Positions 17,324 to 27,154 of a stretch of 64,000 nt of DNA are shown in pieces (position 1 is the stretch's first letter; the number at the start of each line of letters is the position of its first letter). The notes below the pieces were generated by a model. The model searched no databases, had not been told where the DNA came from, and worked only from the letters and a program-made list of their open reading frames with translations. The stretch is taken from assembly GCA_947258985.1 (NCBI GenBank), contig CAMYKI010000002.1, forward strand, positions 10,248 through 74,247. The letters are read 5' to 3'. Origin of the DNA: an uncultured Acidimicrobiaceae bacterium (GTDB taxonomy: Bacteria; Actinomycetota; Acidimicrobiia; Spongiisociales; UBA5794). The position numbers were made by a program, and so were the translations under genes.

Positions 17324-19921
17324 ATGACTCATGTGGGCGTAAGTATGCGCCGGATGCTAACGGTGCTGTTGGCGGCGACGCTGCTATTTGGCCTCACGGC
17401 CACGGTGGCGATTCAGCCCGCCAATGCCGGCTTCCCCGGTGGTACCGGATGGATAGTCTTCGAGAACAACTTCAGCCTGTACACCGTCTCGGCCGAAGGG
17501 GGAACTCCGCAGCTGGCTGAGGCTTCGTTGTTCAACCTGGCGGATCCGGTGTTCTCGCCGGATGGCACCGAGGTTGCTTTTGCCCAGGACGTTGGTGGGG
17601 CGACCGGCTCGGCGGTCTTTGTTGCCGGGTTCAACTCGTCTACCGGGATGCTCGATCCGGTCGTCAACTGGGATCAGGTTTCCAGTGGTCCTGTTGACGG
17701 TGAACCAACCTGGTCGCCAGACGGAAGCATGATCGCCTATCACCGGCGTACCGTTACGACTCGGGCGACAGGTCAGGTCGATGGCATTGATATGGGCGAC
17801 GACGACAAGTTGATCGACTCCACCGCCGACTTCATCGCGGCCGGTGTGCAGTCGGGCGACACTGTGCGTAATCTCGACGACCTATCGAGCGGGGTCGTTA
17901 CCGGGCGAACCACGACCGAGGTGACCATCGGAGGTGGCCTCGCGGGAGGAACGCTCGATGCTTGGACGATCGGTGACGACTACATCATCACCTACACCTC
18001 AAATCGGCAGCTCTACTACTCGGACTCCGACGGCTCGGATTTGAACGGAACTGCTCTCAGCGCCAACGGCTGGTCGGATTCGTACCACGACCAGAATCCG
18101 TCGTGGTCGCCAGATGGCGATTACATCGCCTTTGAGACGACTCGGAATGGCAGTGCCGACATCTTCACGCTGGAGTTCGCCAGTCCCAACACCGTCAACA
18201 ATCGCACGGGAAGCATCACCCTGTTTGCCACGCGACCCAACTGGTCGCCGGACTCGACCCAGATTGCATTCCAGTCTAAGAACGACAACGCGGCTGGTCC
18301 TGAGAACATCTGGCGTGTCAACGCTTCCGGCACCCCTGCGTTCGTTCAGGTAACCAACGCCGCAAGCGATGACTTGTCGCCAGCGTGGTCGCCGGACGGA
18401 ACAGAGATTGCCTTCCGCAATGTTGGAAGCGCCGGTCTCCGCGCGGCGCCGGCAGACACTGCAACTCCCGGGGCGACGCGCCTGATCGCAGCGGATGTTG
18501 GTGGCAACTCCAACAGCGAACCGGACTGGCAGCCGGTTCTCACCGGTGTCGACGATGCTTACGCCGTCGATGAAGGTGGGACACTCGACGTGCTGCTAGT
18601 CGACGGTGTCCTGGCAAACGATCTCGCTTTGGTTGACGACCTAGGTGCGGTGACAGCGACCAGCTTCACCACGACCACCAACGGTGTTTTGACGCCGAAT
18701 GCCAACGGGACATTCACGTACGTACACGACGGCTCGGAGACAACCACCGACTCGTTCACATACGTGCCTGCGCAAGGCTCGCTCACCGGCGGTATCACGA
18801 CCGTGACCATCACGATCGACCCGGTTGACGAGGCCCCTGTGGCAGTCAACGACGGTCCGTTTGCGGTGGTCAATGCCGGGACGATCAATGAGGCTGCCCC
18901 GGGTGTGCTCGAAAACGACACCGACCCCGAGGGCGGGGCGCTGCGAGCCTTCTTGGTTGCCGACGCCAGTAACGGCGACCTGACACTCAACGAGAATGGC
19001 TCGTTTACCTATGTGCATGACGGGTCGAACACGACGGTCGACTCCTTCACCTACCAGGCCAAGGACGCCGGCGACAACACGTCGAACACGGCAACCGTGA
19101 CCATCGAGATTGGGCCGATCGATCCCGATCCGCCCACGCCGACCATCCTGGGACCTTCGTTCGGTCAGCTCGGAGAAGAAGTTACCTTCAACTCGACAAT
19201 CACCGACGGCTCCGGAGGTCCCCTCAACTACACCTGGACGGTGACCAGGGACGGCACAGCCGTTCCTCCCGTCGGCACGAGTACGACGTATAGCCTCACG
19301 CCAGCGTTGAGCGGTGTCTACGAGGTCGAACTCGTTGTTGTCGATAGCGCCGGCACGGGTACGGCCACGTTCAAGTTCACGGTGATGACGGACATCGCGG
19401 ATAGCGTGTTTGCCTCAGACATCGTCTGGCTCGCCAACGAGGGAATCACCAAGGGCTGCAATCCGCCCGTGAACGACCAGTTCTGTCCCGACGCGACAGT
19501 GACTCGTGGTCAGATGGCGGCCTTCCTGGTGCGCTTCCTCGGCTTGACCGAAACCGACCCCACGATCGCATTCACAGATACGGCGTCTTCGATCTTCGAA
19601 GATGACATTCTCAAGCTGGCGACAGCCGGGATTACTCGTGGCTGCAACATCGAGGGGACGGCGTACTGCCCGAATGACAGCGTGACCCGCGGTCAGATGG
19701 CAGCGTTCCTCGTGCGTGCACTCGAGTTGACCGACGATGGCGGAGGCGATCTATTCGCAGACGATGACGACTCGATCTTCGAATCCGAGATCGACAAGCT
19801 GGCTACGGCAGGCATCACCAGAGGGTGTAACCCACCGGCCAACACGAACTTCTGCCCGACGGGCACGGTAACCCGTGGTCAGATGGCAGCGTTCCTGCAT
19901 CGTGCCGACGGACTCGACTAG
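17324..19921 (+). CDS. Secreted TolB-like beta-propeller + cadherin-like/PKD-like repeat protein with C-terminal triple SLH-like module
   Basis: Signal peptide MRRMLTVLLAATLLFGLTATVA; PxWSPDG propeller blades; DSFTY...VTITIDPVDEAP cadherin-like repeats; three SLH-like repeats at the C-terminus. Confidence 0.7.
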   Translation: MTHVGVSMRRMLTVLLAATLLFGLTATVAIQPANAGFPGGTGWIVFENNFSLYTVSAEGGTPQLAEASLFNLADPVFSPDGTEVAFAQDVGGATGSAVFVAGFNSSTGMLDPVVNWDQVSSGPVDGEPTWSPDGSMIAYHRRTVTTRATGQVDGIDMGDDDKLIDSTADFIAAGVQSGDTVRNLDDLSSGVVTGRTTTEVTIGGGLAGGTLDAWTIGDDYIITYTSNRQLYYSDSDGSDLNGTALSANGWSDSYHDQNPSWSPDGDYIAFETTRNGSADIFTLEFASPNTVNNRTGSITLFATRPNWSPDSTQIAFQSKNDNAAGPENIWRVNASGTPAFVQVTNAASDDLSPAWSPDGTEIAFRNVGSAGLRAAPADTATPGATRLIAADVGGNSNSEPDWQPVLTGVDDAYAVDEGGTLDVLLVDGVLANDLALVDDLGAVTATSFTTTTNGVLTPNANGTFTYVHDGSETTTDSFTYVPAQGSLTGGITTVTITIDPVDEAPVAVNDGPFAVVNAGTINEAAPGVLENDTDPEGGALRAFLVADASNGDLTLNENGSFTYVHDGSNTTVDSFTYQAKDAGDNTSNTATVTIEIGPIDPDPPTPTILGPSFGQLGEEVTFNSTITDGSGGPLNYTWTVTRDGTAVPPVGTSTTYSLTPALSGVYEVELVVVDSAGTGTATFKFTVMTDIADSVFASDIVWLANEGITKGCNPPVNDQFCPDATVTRGQMAAFLVRFLGLTETDPTIAFTDTASSIFEDDILKLATAGITRGCNIEGTAYCPNDSVTRGQMAAFLVRALELTDDGGGDLFADDDDSIFESEIDKLATAGITRGCNPPANTNFCPTGTVTRGQMAAFLHRADGLD

Positions 19922-19971
19922 CAAGAGACAGACACCAAACTGACAATGGGCCCCGCTTGCGGGGCCCATTG

Positions 19972-21066
19972 CTATTGCAGGGAGATACGTCGGGTGCGAC
20001 GTGCTTGAGGAGACAGTCGCTGATCCCAGACTCTCTTGGCGACGTGTATCGGCCCGGTGAGGGCGGCCGCAAGCAAGCGGATAGCCGTGCGCAGCGTGTC
20101 CCCCTGGGCGTATGCCAAACCGGCCTGGCGATAGTTGTACTGCGAGGCGTCCTCCATCCAGATGCGCAGCTTGTGCCACCACGGCGAATTCGCCTCGGTG
20201 GTGACGAACTCCTCGCGGGACGGGAGTGGGACACCGCCAAGGCGAGCGCGGCGCCGAGCCTCCAAGTAGCGATGGGTTCTCCTGCCCTCACGGAAGCGAA
20301 GCATCACATTGCTCGATGAGTAGATCCGGTACAGCAGTAACGGTTCGGGCATCGCGATGATCGCCCCATGGTCCGCCATCCGATCACAGAACTCCAGGTC
20401 GCCCGCTGTCCGCAGGCTGCCGTCGAAACCGCCCACCTTCTCGAAGAGCTCGCGGCGATACATGGCGGTGCCACCGAACACCAAGGTTGGTTCTCCTCTG
20501 CGGCGTAGTTCCTCGAATTCGGCAACCGTCGTTGGTCCCGTCGGGGAGAGACTCAGTATCTCCTCGCTGTCGTTGGCGTGCGAAACGTAGCTGCCGAGTA
20601 CAGCGATCTCGGGTCTGGCCTCTAGCAATTCCACCTGCTTCTCGAGCCGCGTCGGCAGCGAGACATCGTCCGCATCCATACCCGCAAGTAGCGGTGCCCG
20701 GGCCATTGCCGCAGCCCGGTTGGTGGTGGCGTACTGACCGCGGTTCTCCTCGTTGCGGAATCCGTGAACTCGTTTGTCCTTGGTGGCATATGTTTGGATG
20801 AGATCCCAAGTACCGTCAGTCGATTGATCGTCACCGACGATGAGCTCGATATCGGCGAGCGTCTGTTCGAGGATGCTGTCGATGGCCCTGGCGATGTAGG
20901 GCTCGGCGTTGTAGGCCGGCATCAGGACGCTGACAACAGGAACGCGTTCCGTCTTGCGCTTCGGTTTTGCTGCAACGTCAGTCAAGGGATCGCTCCCGGA
21001 TCGAATTGGCCTCGAGATTGGATTCTGAATCGAACTCCGGCTGCGACACCGTCGCACCTTCGGCAT
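19972..21066 (-). CDS. Family 2 glycosyltransferase (GT-A fold)
   Basis: VSVLMPAYNAEPYIARAIDSILEQT...IVGDDQSTDGT and a DAD(D) motif. The true start is probably downstream of the annotated ORF start, which overlaps the upstream flippase gene by 88 nt. Confidence 0.75.
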   Translation of the reverse strand: MPKVRRCRSRSSIQNPISRPIRSGSDPLTDVAAKPKRKTERVPVVSVLMPAYNAEPYIARAIDSILEQTLADIELIVGDDQSTDGTWDLIQTYATKDKRVHGFRNEENRGQYATTNRAAAMARAPLLAGMDADDVSLPTRLEKQVELLEARPEIAVLGSYVSHANDSEEILSLSPTGPTTVAEFEELRRRGEPTLVFGGTAMYRRELFEKVGGFDGSLRTAGDLEFCDRMADHGAIIAMPEPLLLYRIYSSSNVMLRFREGRRTHRYLEARRRARLGGVPLPSREEFVTTEANSPWWHKLRIWMEDASQYNYRQAGLAYAQGDTLRTAIRLLAAALTGPIHVAKRVWDQRLSPQARRTRRISLQ

Positions 21067-22300
21067 AGAGGCGTTTCAGCCAGTAAGTGCCGCCTGCAAC
21101 CCGGAGAAGACCTTCCAGAATGTAGCCCAGCGGCCGGGCAAACGCGCCGGTCGTCCCGGCGGTAACCGCGGCAAGCGGCAGAGCCGGCGCCGCAACAACC
21201 GAAATGAATGCCAGCGTCCGGGCCTTGCCTCCGCCCAGCAGCTCGCGGCTGAGGATGAGATAGAGGGCGATCAGAACATTCCCAAGCACCGTCGCTGCGG
21301 CGAGGCCGCCGATCACATATGCCGAAGGGATTAGGTAGGCCATGGGATTGAGGCTCCACGACCAGCCGGCGATCGTCGCGTACGCCACGCCGCCGAGAGC
21401 CATCAGGGCTAGGTAGACGTTCCGATTGGAGCGTGCGGCCACAGCATCCCGGTCGGCCCCGGCACGCACCGCACGCGGCCCTAGAACGGCCATGAGGCCA
21501 ACAGAGAAGACCGTGATCGGCTGGGCAACCTGTCGCGCCGCCTCGGCGTAGCCGTAAGCTTCTGGACCGGCGAGGTCGGTGATGATGTTGGCCGAGATGA
21601 AGGCCAGCGTTGCCGGGGTTGCGGCACGGAGCACGAGCCATTTCCCGGACGCAGCCAGGCTGCTGAACGTCATCGAAGTCCGGTCCTGTACCTTGCCGAG
21701 GTGGCCTTGCGCCAGGAGATAGGCAACGGAGAGGGAGACGACGTTGGCGGTCGCCAGTGATCCAAACGGGATCCAGGCACGGGGGACGTCCGAAAGGAAC
21801 ATGACGGTGATGGTGACCGCGATCGTCACCAATTGGACCGTCGACACAACGACTGCAAGCCACGACTTCTCCGCGATATGCAGGAGCTGTCGCACGTGAT
21901 CCTGCATCGGCGAGACCACGATGATGACGGCCGTTGGAACCGCCAACGCCACAATGACGTCTGTAGATGTCAGGTCCTGGGTCAGGAGCGCTGTGACGGG
22001 AGCAACCATCGCAGTGACGAGACCCGGCCCAATCGCCAGCCCGAGGCTTCTTCTCGTGACACTCAGCCGTTCTGCGAGCGGCTTGCTCACCGCAACAACC
22101 TGGGCGGGGACGAGGATCAGCTCGGAAAGGACAATCGAGCCCAGGAAGAATGCCGCAAAGAAGATGCCATAGACACCGCGGTCGACATCGCTGAGCAAGT
22201 TGAGGCCGGCAAGGCCTGCGCCGAAGGTCGCGATCGAAGCCAGCGCGGCGTCGACGACACCTGCAGCCAGTAGCTTCTTCCGCAACGGTCCCTTGCTCAT
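20978..22300 (-). CDS. Polysaccharide biosynthesis protein / Wzx-like flippase (second copy)
   Basis: 440 aa polytopic membrane protein paralogous to CDS 6652-7977 (shared motifs around DLGVY/DRGVYGIFFAAF and the downstream helices). Confidence 0.6.
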   Translation of the reverse strand: MSKGPLRKKLLAAGVVDAALASIATFGAGLAGLNLLSDVDRGVYGIFFAAFFLGSIVLSELILVPAQVVAVSKPLAERLSVTRRSLGLAIGPGLVTAMVAPVTALLTQDLTSTDVIVALAVPTAVIIVVSPMQDHVRQLLHIAEKSWLAVVVSTVQLVTIAVTITVMFLSDVPRAWIPFGSLATANVVSLSVAYLLAQGHLGKVQDRTSMTFSSLAASGKWLVLRAATPATLAFISANIITDLAGPEAYGYAEAARQVAQPITVFSVGLMAVLGPRAVRAGADRDAVAARSNRNVYLALMALGGVAYATIAGWSWSLNPMAYLIPSAYVIGGLAAATVLGNVLIALYLILSRELLGGGKARTLAFISVVAAPALPLAAVTAGTTGAFARPLGYILEGLLRVAGGTYWLKRLYAEGATVSQPEFDSESNLEANSIRERSLD

Positions 22301-22332
22301 GGACGCCGCCTCATCACTTTCTGCCGTTGTGC

Positions 22333-23985
22333 CTAGTAGGCCTGCCCAACCTTGTCGGCTACGCGGAGGGCCCAGGCAACGGTGGTAAGGAGCGGATTCG
22401 CGTAACCGCTCACCGGGAACACCGACGAGTCGGCAATGTACAGGTCGGCCACGGTATGGGCACGACCTTCGGGATCGACCACGCCGAGCTTAGGGTCGGT
22501 CGCCATCCTCGCGGTTCCGAGATGGTGGTGTCCGCCGCGGAGACCGGGCCCCCAATCAGCAGAGTCGGCTTTGAACGCAGGTTCCGGGACCAGGTGTCCG
22601 AGTCCAGACGACTCGAGCTGACTCCCGATGATTCTCTGCGCCTTGACGATGGAATCCTTGTCGATACGGCTCAGTCGCCACTCGAGGTTGATCCGGGGCA
22701 TGCCCAGCGCATCGGTCTTCGATGCGTTGAGCGTCATCCGGCTGTCCCGATTCGGCGATTGCTCGCTCTGGGTGTACAACGCCAACTGTTTCGGCCGACG
22801 GAGCGCTTCGTGGTAGATCACCTGCATGATCTCCGGAGTTCCCTTGATCAGTCGCATCGTGAGACGTTTGGAATCCTCCGGCAGCGACTTGGTTCTGATC
22901 TGGCGGTACATCTGGCTGGGAGACCGGAGGTTGCCGACGGCGAGCTTGAAGGCCTGATAGGCATCAGATTCCTCGCGGCTCACCGGGCTGACGGTGCGAA
23001 GATGCGTAGAGAAGTTGAGTAGGTGCTCCGACTCCTGCTTCTCCCGACTGACCGTGTAGGCCACCTTCATTGCTCCCGCCGGCCTTTGTAGTGCCAGTCG
23101 GGCGCGGACACCCCCGAAACCCTTGTCGATTGCATCGAGACCGGGCCGGTTGGTCTTTGTCTGGGGGAACAACTCGATTCTCCCGGTGACCAGATGTGGA
23201 TGCTCCATGAAATAGCGTCCAACCACGTCGTTCTCGTTGGCGAGCCCGGCGGGATTGGCGCGCTGAGAAGCCAGCAGCAAACGGCTCGTCTCCAGAGCGC
23301 CGGCGGCGAGCACAACGGCCCTGGAGCCAACTGTGAACTCATTGCCTTCGAGAGTTGCAACCCTGACTCCGGTTGCCTTCGTGCCGGCCTCATCGCTGAG
23401 GACCTCTACAGCGGTAGCGTTGGTGATCGTTGTTATCTGGCGGGAAGTCTCGAGCTGCTCTCGGTATACGTTGCCGAACTTCGTTGGAGGGCTCCCCTCC
23501 CAGAGAGCGATCTCGACGTCCTTTCCGACGAATGGATCGACGTACACGGGGGGCAGGTTGCTGCCCTCCTCCGGCGCCCATTGCATCTTGTCGAGCTGGC
23601 AGAGGCGGGCCGCATCGGAGTAGTAGGGCAGGAATTCGTCGTATGAGATCGGCCACCCACTGTTGGGGACCCAGGGTCGGCCATCGAAGTCGATGCGATC
23701 CATCGGGCGACACCAGCCCGCCCACTTGTGGCTGGACCCTCCGAGGACACGGTGGCGGGTCAGAGTGAGGTCGTAGTAATCCAGGCCGACGTTGTCTCCC
23801 GCGTTGAGCTCCTGTGGTTCGGGCTCCGTCGCCACGCCGCCGCTCTCGAGGAGAACGATGTTGAGTGCAGTCGTACGAGCCAGTCGGAGGGCGAGGCCGA
23901 TTCCTGCGGGTCCCCCGCCCACAACGCAAATATCGGTTTCGAGCTGTGTTCCACGAGGGATCTGAGCGCCACCCTGGATGGCCAT
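22333..23985 (-). CDS. GMC-family FAD-dependent oxidoreductase (choline dehydrogenase-like)
   Basis: N-terminal FAD fingerprint ICVVGGGPAGIGLALRLA; 550 aa; GMC C-terminal region with conserved His. Confidence 0.65.
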   Translation of the reverse strand: MAIQGGAQIPRGTQLETDICVVGGGPAGIGLALRLARTTALNIVLLESGGVATEPEPQELNAGDNVGLDYYDLTLTRHRVLGGSSHKWAGWCRPMDRIDFDGRPWVPNSGWPISYDEFLPYYSDAARLCQLDKMQWAPEEGSNLPPVYVDPFVGKDVEIALWEGSPPTKFGNVYREQLETSRQITTITNATAVEVLSDEAGTKATGVRVATLEGNEFTVGSRAVVLAAGALETSRLLLASQRANPAGLANENDVVGRYFMEHPHLVTGRIELFPQTKTNRPGLDAIDKGFGGVRARLALQRPAGAMKVAYTVSREKQESEHLLNFSTHLRTVSPVSREESDAYQAFKLAVGNLRSPSQMYRQIRTKSLPEDSKRLTMRLIKGTPEIMQVIYHEALRRPKQLALYTQSEQSPNRDSRMTLNASKTDALGMPRINLEWRLSRIDKDSIVKAQRIIGSQLESSGLGHLVPEPAFKADSADWGPGLRGGHHHLGTARMATDPKLGVVDPEGRAHTVADLYIADSSVFPVSGYANPLLTTVAWALRVADKVGQAY

Positions 23986-24019
23986 GATTGCTCCTTAGTT
24001 CCTACCACTGTTTGTATGC

Positions 24020-25222
24020 CTACCGTTGCTGCAGGGCCGTGAGAACGGCGTCCTCGAGCTCTGCCACCGCAGCTCTCCGATCCAAGAGGGGCCGGTCATC
24101 GACCGGGGGAGCCTCGAAATGTTGATCGATAGCAGCCGCAAAGCCCGACGCTACTGCATCTAGTGCACCCGGCGGCACCCGGATGACCCTTTCTTGGTCG
24201 GTGGTGGATCGGGCGATCGAGGCGGCGCCCCCATGGTCGAGCACGATCAAGCGTCTTGCAGTGAGCATTGCTTCTGCGAGTGCGAGACCACCTTCCTCGC
24301 GCAGGCCTGTGAATATGACCGTGGTCGCGCCCCGCATGAGCTTCACCGCGTCGGTGCGTTCAACCCATCCGGTAAACGTGATCCGGTCGGAGATTCCCAG
24401 CCGAACAGCCAGCTCCTCGAGCGATTTCCGCTGCGGGCCGTCTCCAACCATCTTGAGGGTGACGTCGCTGCTGGTTCTGGCGAGGGCTTGGATCACCAGG
24501 TGGGGTCCCTTGCGGCTCTCCATCGGGGACACCCACAACGCAAACCGGCCGTCTTCCTCCTTGGCCGATTCTGGTACCACGCTGAAAAGAGCGTGGTTCA
24601 GGATGCGGTTGTCGATCCGGGCCGCGGCCGGTAGGAGTCTGCGGCTTTCTTCGTTTTGGAGAAGCCGCTCAGTGGCACGATTCGCCGAACGGCGAGAGGC
24701 CGGGAGCATCGCGACGAGCCTCACGGCGATGAGGTCGAGCAACTCTTGAAAGACACCGGCGAGGCCCAGGAGTTTCCACAGGGGACGGGGGGTGGTGACG
24801 CCTCCTCCAACGGGACCCCAAATGCTGGGCACGCCGAGGGTGGTTGCCGGCGTAGGGAGCCATGCGGCGGCAAATGTTGCGTGGGCCGCCGCATCGATCT
24901 CGCTGGAATCGACGATATCCCGACCGACCCGTCTTGCCCTGCGCTGCCAGAGCAGATAGAGGATGAACTCGACAATACGGTGCCAGCGCATGTAATTGCC
25001 TACCGCCGGATCAGGCACTTCCACGAACTTGATGGTGCTGTCGGGGTTGTCCTGCTCCCAGTCTCGGATTTCCTCGAAGTAGCGGTTGCCGATCAACACG
25101 GTCAAGTCGGCGAACTCGGCGAGAGCGGTTACGACTCCCCAGCCTGCTCCGTACTCGGATCCGCGAACTGGCGAACAGGCATAGGCGATGACGAGGAGCG
25201 AAGGCCTCTGGTTGTCAGCCAT
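24020..25222 (-). CDS. Group 1 glycosyltransferase (GT4-like, GT-B fold)
   Basis: 400 aa; C-terminal TFTGW...FTGLREEGGLALAEAM (EX7E-like motif). Confidence 0.65.
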   Translation of the reverse strand: MADNQRPSLLVIAYACSPVRGSEYGAGWGVVTALAEFADLTVLIGNRYFEEIRDWEQDNPDSTIKFVEVPDPAVGNYMRWHRIVEFILYLLWQRRARRVGRDIVDSSEIDAAAHATFAAAWLPTPATTLGVPSIWGPVGGGVTTPRPLWKLLGLAGVFQELLDLIAVRLVAMLPASRRSANRATERLLQNEESRRLLPAAARIDNRILNHALFSVVPESAKEEDGRFALWVSPMESRKGPHLVIQALARTSSDVTLKMVGDGPQRKSLEELAVRLGISDRITFTGWVERTDAVKLMRGATTVIFTGLREEGGLALAEAMLTARRLIVLDHGGAASIARSTTDQERVIRVPPGALDAVASGFAAAIDQHFEAPPVDDRPLLDRRAAVAELEDAVLTALQQR

Positions 25223-26837
25223 CGGAGCGCGTACTTCCGGCGCCCTGGCCGGTGGCCATCCACTCGTCGAAGGTCAGATCCTCTCCATCCCAGGCAAACG
25301 CTTCGTGGCCTGCGCCGACATAGGTGTTGGTCTCGAAGACGATGTTGCGGTCGGTGAAGACCGAAGGGTCGCCCATGTCCTGTACGACCCCGCTCTGTCC
25401 GTACCACATAGTGATCGTGTTGTTGTAGACGCGGACATTCTCGAGCCGCCGCAACTCTCCGTCGCTCTCCCGACGCTGTTGGATTCCGGTAATGCCGTCG
25501 GCGTTATTGGTGACCACGTTGTCATAGACGTCAACATCGCTCGAAGCAGCGACGAGGATCCCCGCGCCCCATAGCCAGTCACCCATTATGAAGCCGTTGT
25601 CGTACACCTCGTTGTTGCGGATGACTGCGTCGAATGAGATCTCGTGGAAGATTCCAGGGGCGTTGTTGCTGTAGACGATGTTGTTCTCATACGTCGTGTC
25701 GTAACAGTTGATATCGGTCCAGAGCCCGGGACCAAGGTTGTGATGAGCCGTCACATCTCGGATGACGAGTCCTACTGTCTCCTTGAATTTGGCGCCGGCC
25801 GCTTCCCAGCCCCAGTTGAAGCCACGTAGGTTGTTGTGGTTGATCTCTGTTGATTCGACGAGGATTCCTTCTCCGCCGTCGGCTGTAATGCCTTGCTGGC
25901 CGTTGTGGTGGAGGTGGACGTTGCGGATTGTGGTCTGATTTCCGGCCCGAATCCCCGCGCCATGATTCAGCCTCACTTCGACATCTTCAATCAGCCAGCC
26001 AGAGCCGAGCTGTCCCAGGGACCTCTCCGACTGAATAGCGCCTCGTTGCGCCATCGAGGCGAATTTCTCGACGATCATGTTCCGGATGGTGACGTCGGCG
26101 GCATCGCTTCGGAAAGCACTCTCGGTCAGGCTCACCTCAACTTTGCGGCCTGCCGGGTCGTCACCGATGACGATGGTGCTGCCGTTTGACCACCACTTGC
26201 CCGAGTCGACCTCGGTGCGCTCGTCGACGCGCCACAACATGGCATCGTCGATGAAGAGATCGTTTCGCAGCCTGCAGGCCTCATAGCCGTCGATGCATTC
26301 ACCATGACCGTCCATATTCAGCCGAGGGCCGTTGGTCTCCCAGGTGTTGTCGCCGGCGGTGAAGTCATCGAGCAGCACCGAGCCGTTGAGAATGGTGCCC
26401 TCCATGCCCTCAAACGACATGCCGTTCTTTGGTTCGGCTCGGTTGGGGCGGTGGATGCCGGGCAAGAGGAGGAATGCTGTGCCTTCGGGGCTTTGTGCGA
26501 CGAGCGCAGCAAAGTCGTCGTCGGGTGAAACAACGATCGTCCCCTCGCTCACCTCTGGTGGAGTTGTGTCGACAGGGCTCGCGGTGGTTGTAGTCGCGTC
26601 GAGCTCCGGCGGCGGCAGCGTTCGGGGCGGGATCGATGTCGGTGGGATGGTTGTGGTCGGAGCAGCTGTTGTCGTCGGCGGCACCGTCGTCGAAGGACCG
26701 GCCGCCGTCGTTGAGGTCGTGGTGTCCGGAGGTACCGTTTCAGTGCTGTCCGTACCGCTACACCCGGTCAACAGGAGTCCGACTGCCAGGCTGGCCACCA
26801 TGAGTCGATGTCGTGTTCGGTTGCGCCCCAGCCCCAT
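25215..26837 (-). CDS. Secreted lipoprotein with Thr/Pro-rich linker and right-handed parallel beta-helix domain (pectate-lyase/NosD-like; putative polysaccharide lyase or hydrolase)
   Basis: Lipobox LLTGCSG; TTTSTTAAGPSTTVPPTTT linker; repeated NN-containing beta-helix turns (IRNNEVYDNG, HHNLGPGLWTD); paralogous to the catalytic part of CDS 28865-30574. Confidence 0.6.
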   Translation of the reverse strand: MGLGRNRTRHRLMVASLAVGLLLTGCSGTDSTETVPPDTTTSTTAAGPSTTVPPTTTAAPTTTIPPTSIPPRTLPPPELDATTTTASPVDTTPPEVSEGTIVVSPDDDFAALVAQSPEGTAFLLLPGIHRPNRAEPKNGMSFEGMEGTILNGSVLLDDFTAGDNTWETNGPRLNMDGHGECIDGYEACRLRNDLFIDDAMLWRVDERTEVDSGKWWSNGSTIVIGDDPAGRKVEVSLTESAFRSDAADVTIRNMIVEKFASMAQRGAIQSERSLGQLGSGWLIEDVEVRLNHGAGIRAGNQTTIRNVHLHHNGQQGITADGGEGILVESTEINHNNLRGFNWGWEAAGAKFKETVGLVIRDVTAHHNLGPGLWTDINCYDTTYENNIVYSNNAPGIFHEISFDAVIRNNEVYDNGFIMGDWLWGAGILVAASSDVDVYDNVVTNNADGITGIQQRRESDGELRRLENVRVYNNTITMWYGQSGVVQDMGDPSVFTDRNIVFETNTYVGAGHEAFAWDGEDLTFDEWMATGQGAGSTRSDG

Positions 26838-27154
26838 TACTGCCTCTGCTATCGCCGTCGTGATTGCCAGGAGTGCGGACTCCGCGAGGTGAGCCGCCCC
26901 CCGGGCACGCTAGCAGCGAGCGCTCATTGTGCGGACGAAGCGGTCATGGGGTGGCCGAGGGTGGGGGCGGTGCTGACCAGCTGTGTCCGATTGAATACCC
27001 ACCGCGGCGACAATGCCAGCACATGCTGGTAACTAGTCACTAGAGTAAGGGGTGAAATAGCCAGTCACCGGTTGTGATTTCGGCCCTAGGATGAGGTCGG
27101 GCTAGTTAGTAGTACGTCCGGGCTTTTGGACGAACGCGATAGGGGGCATCGGGG

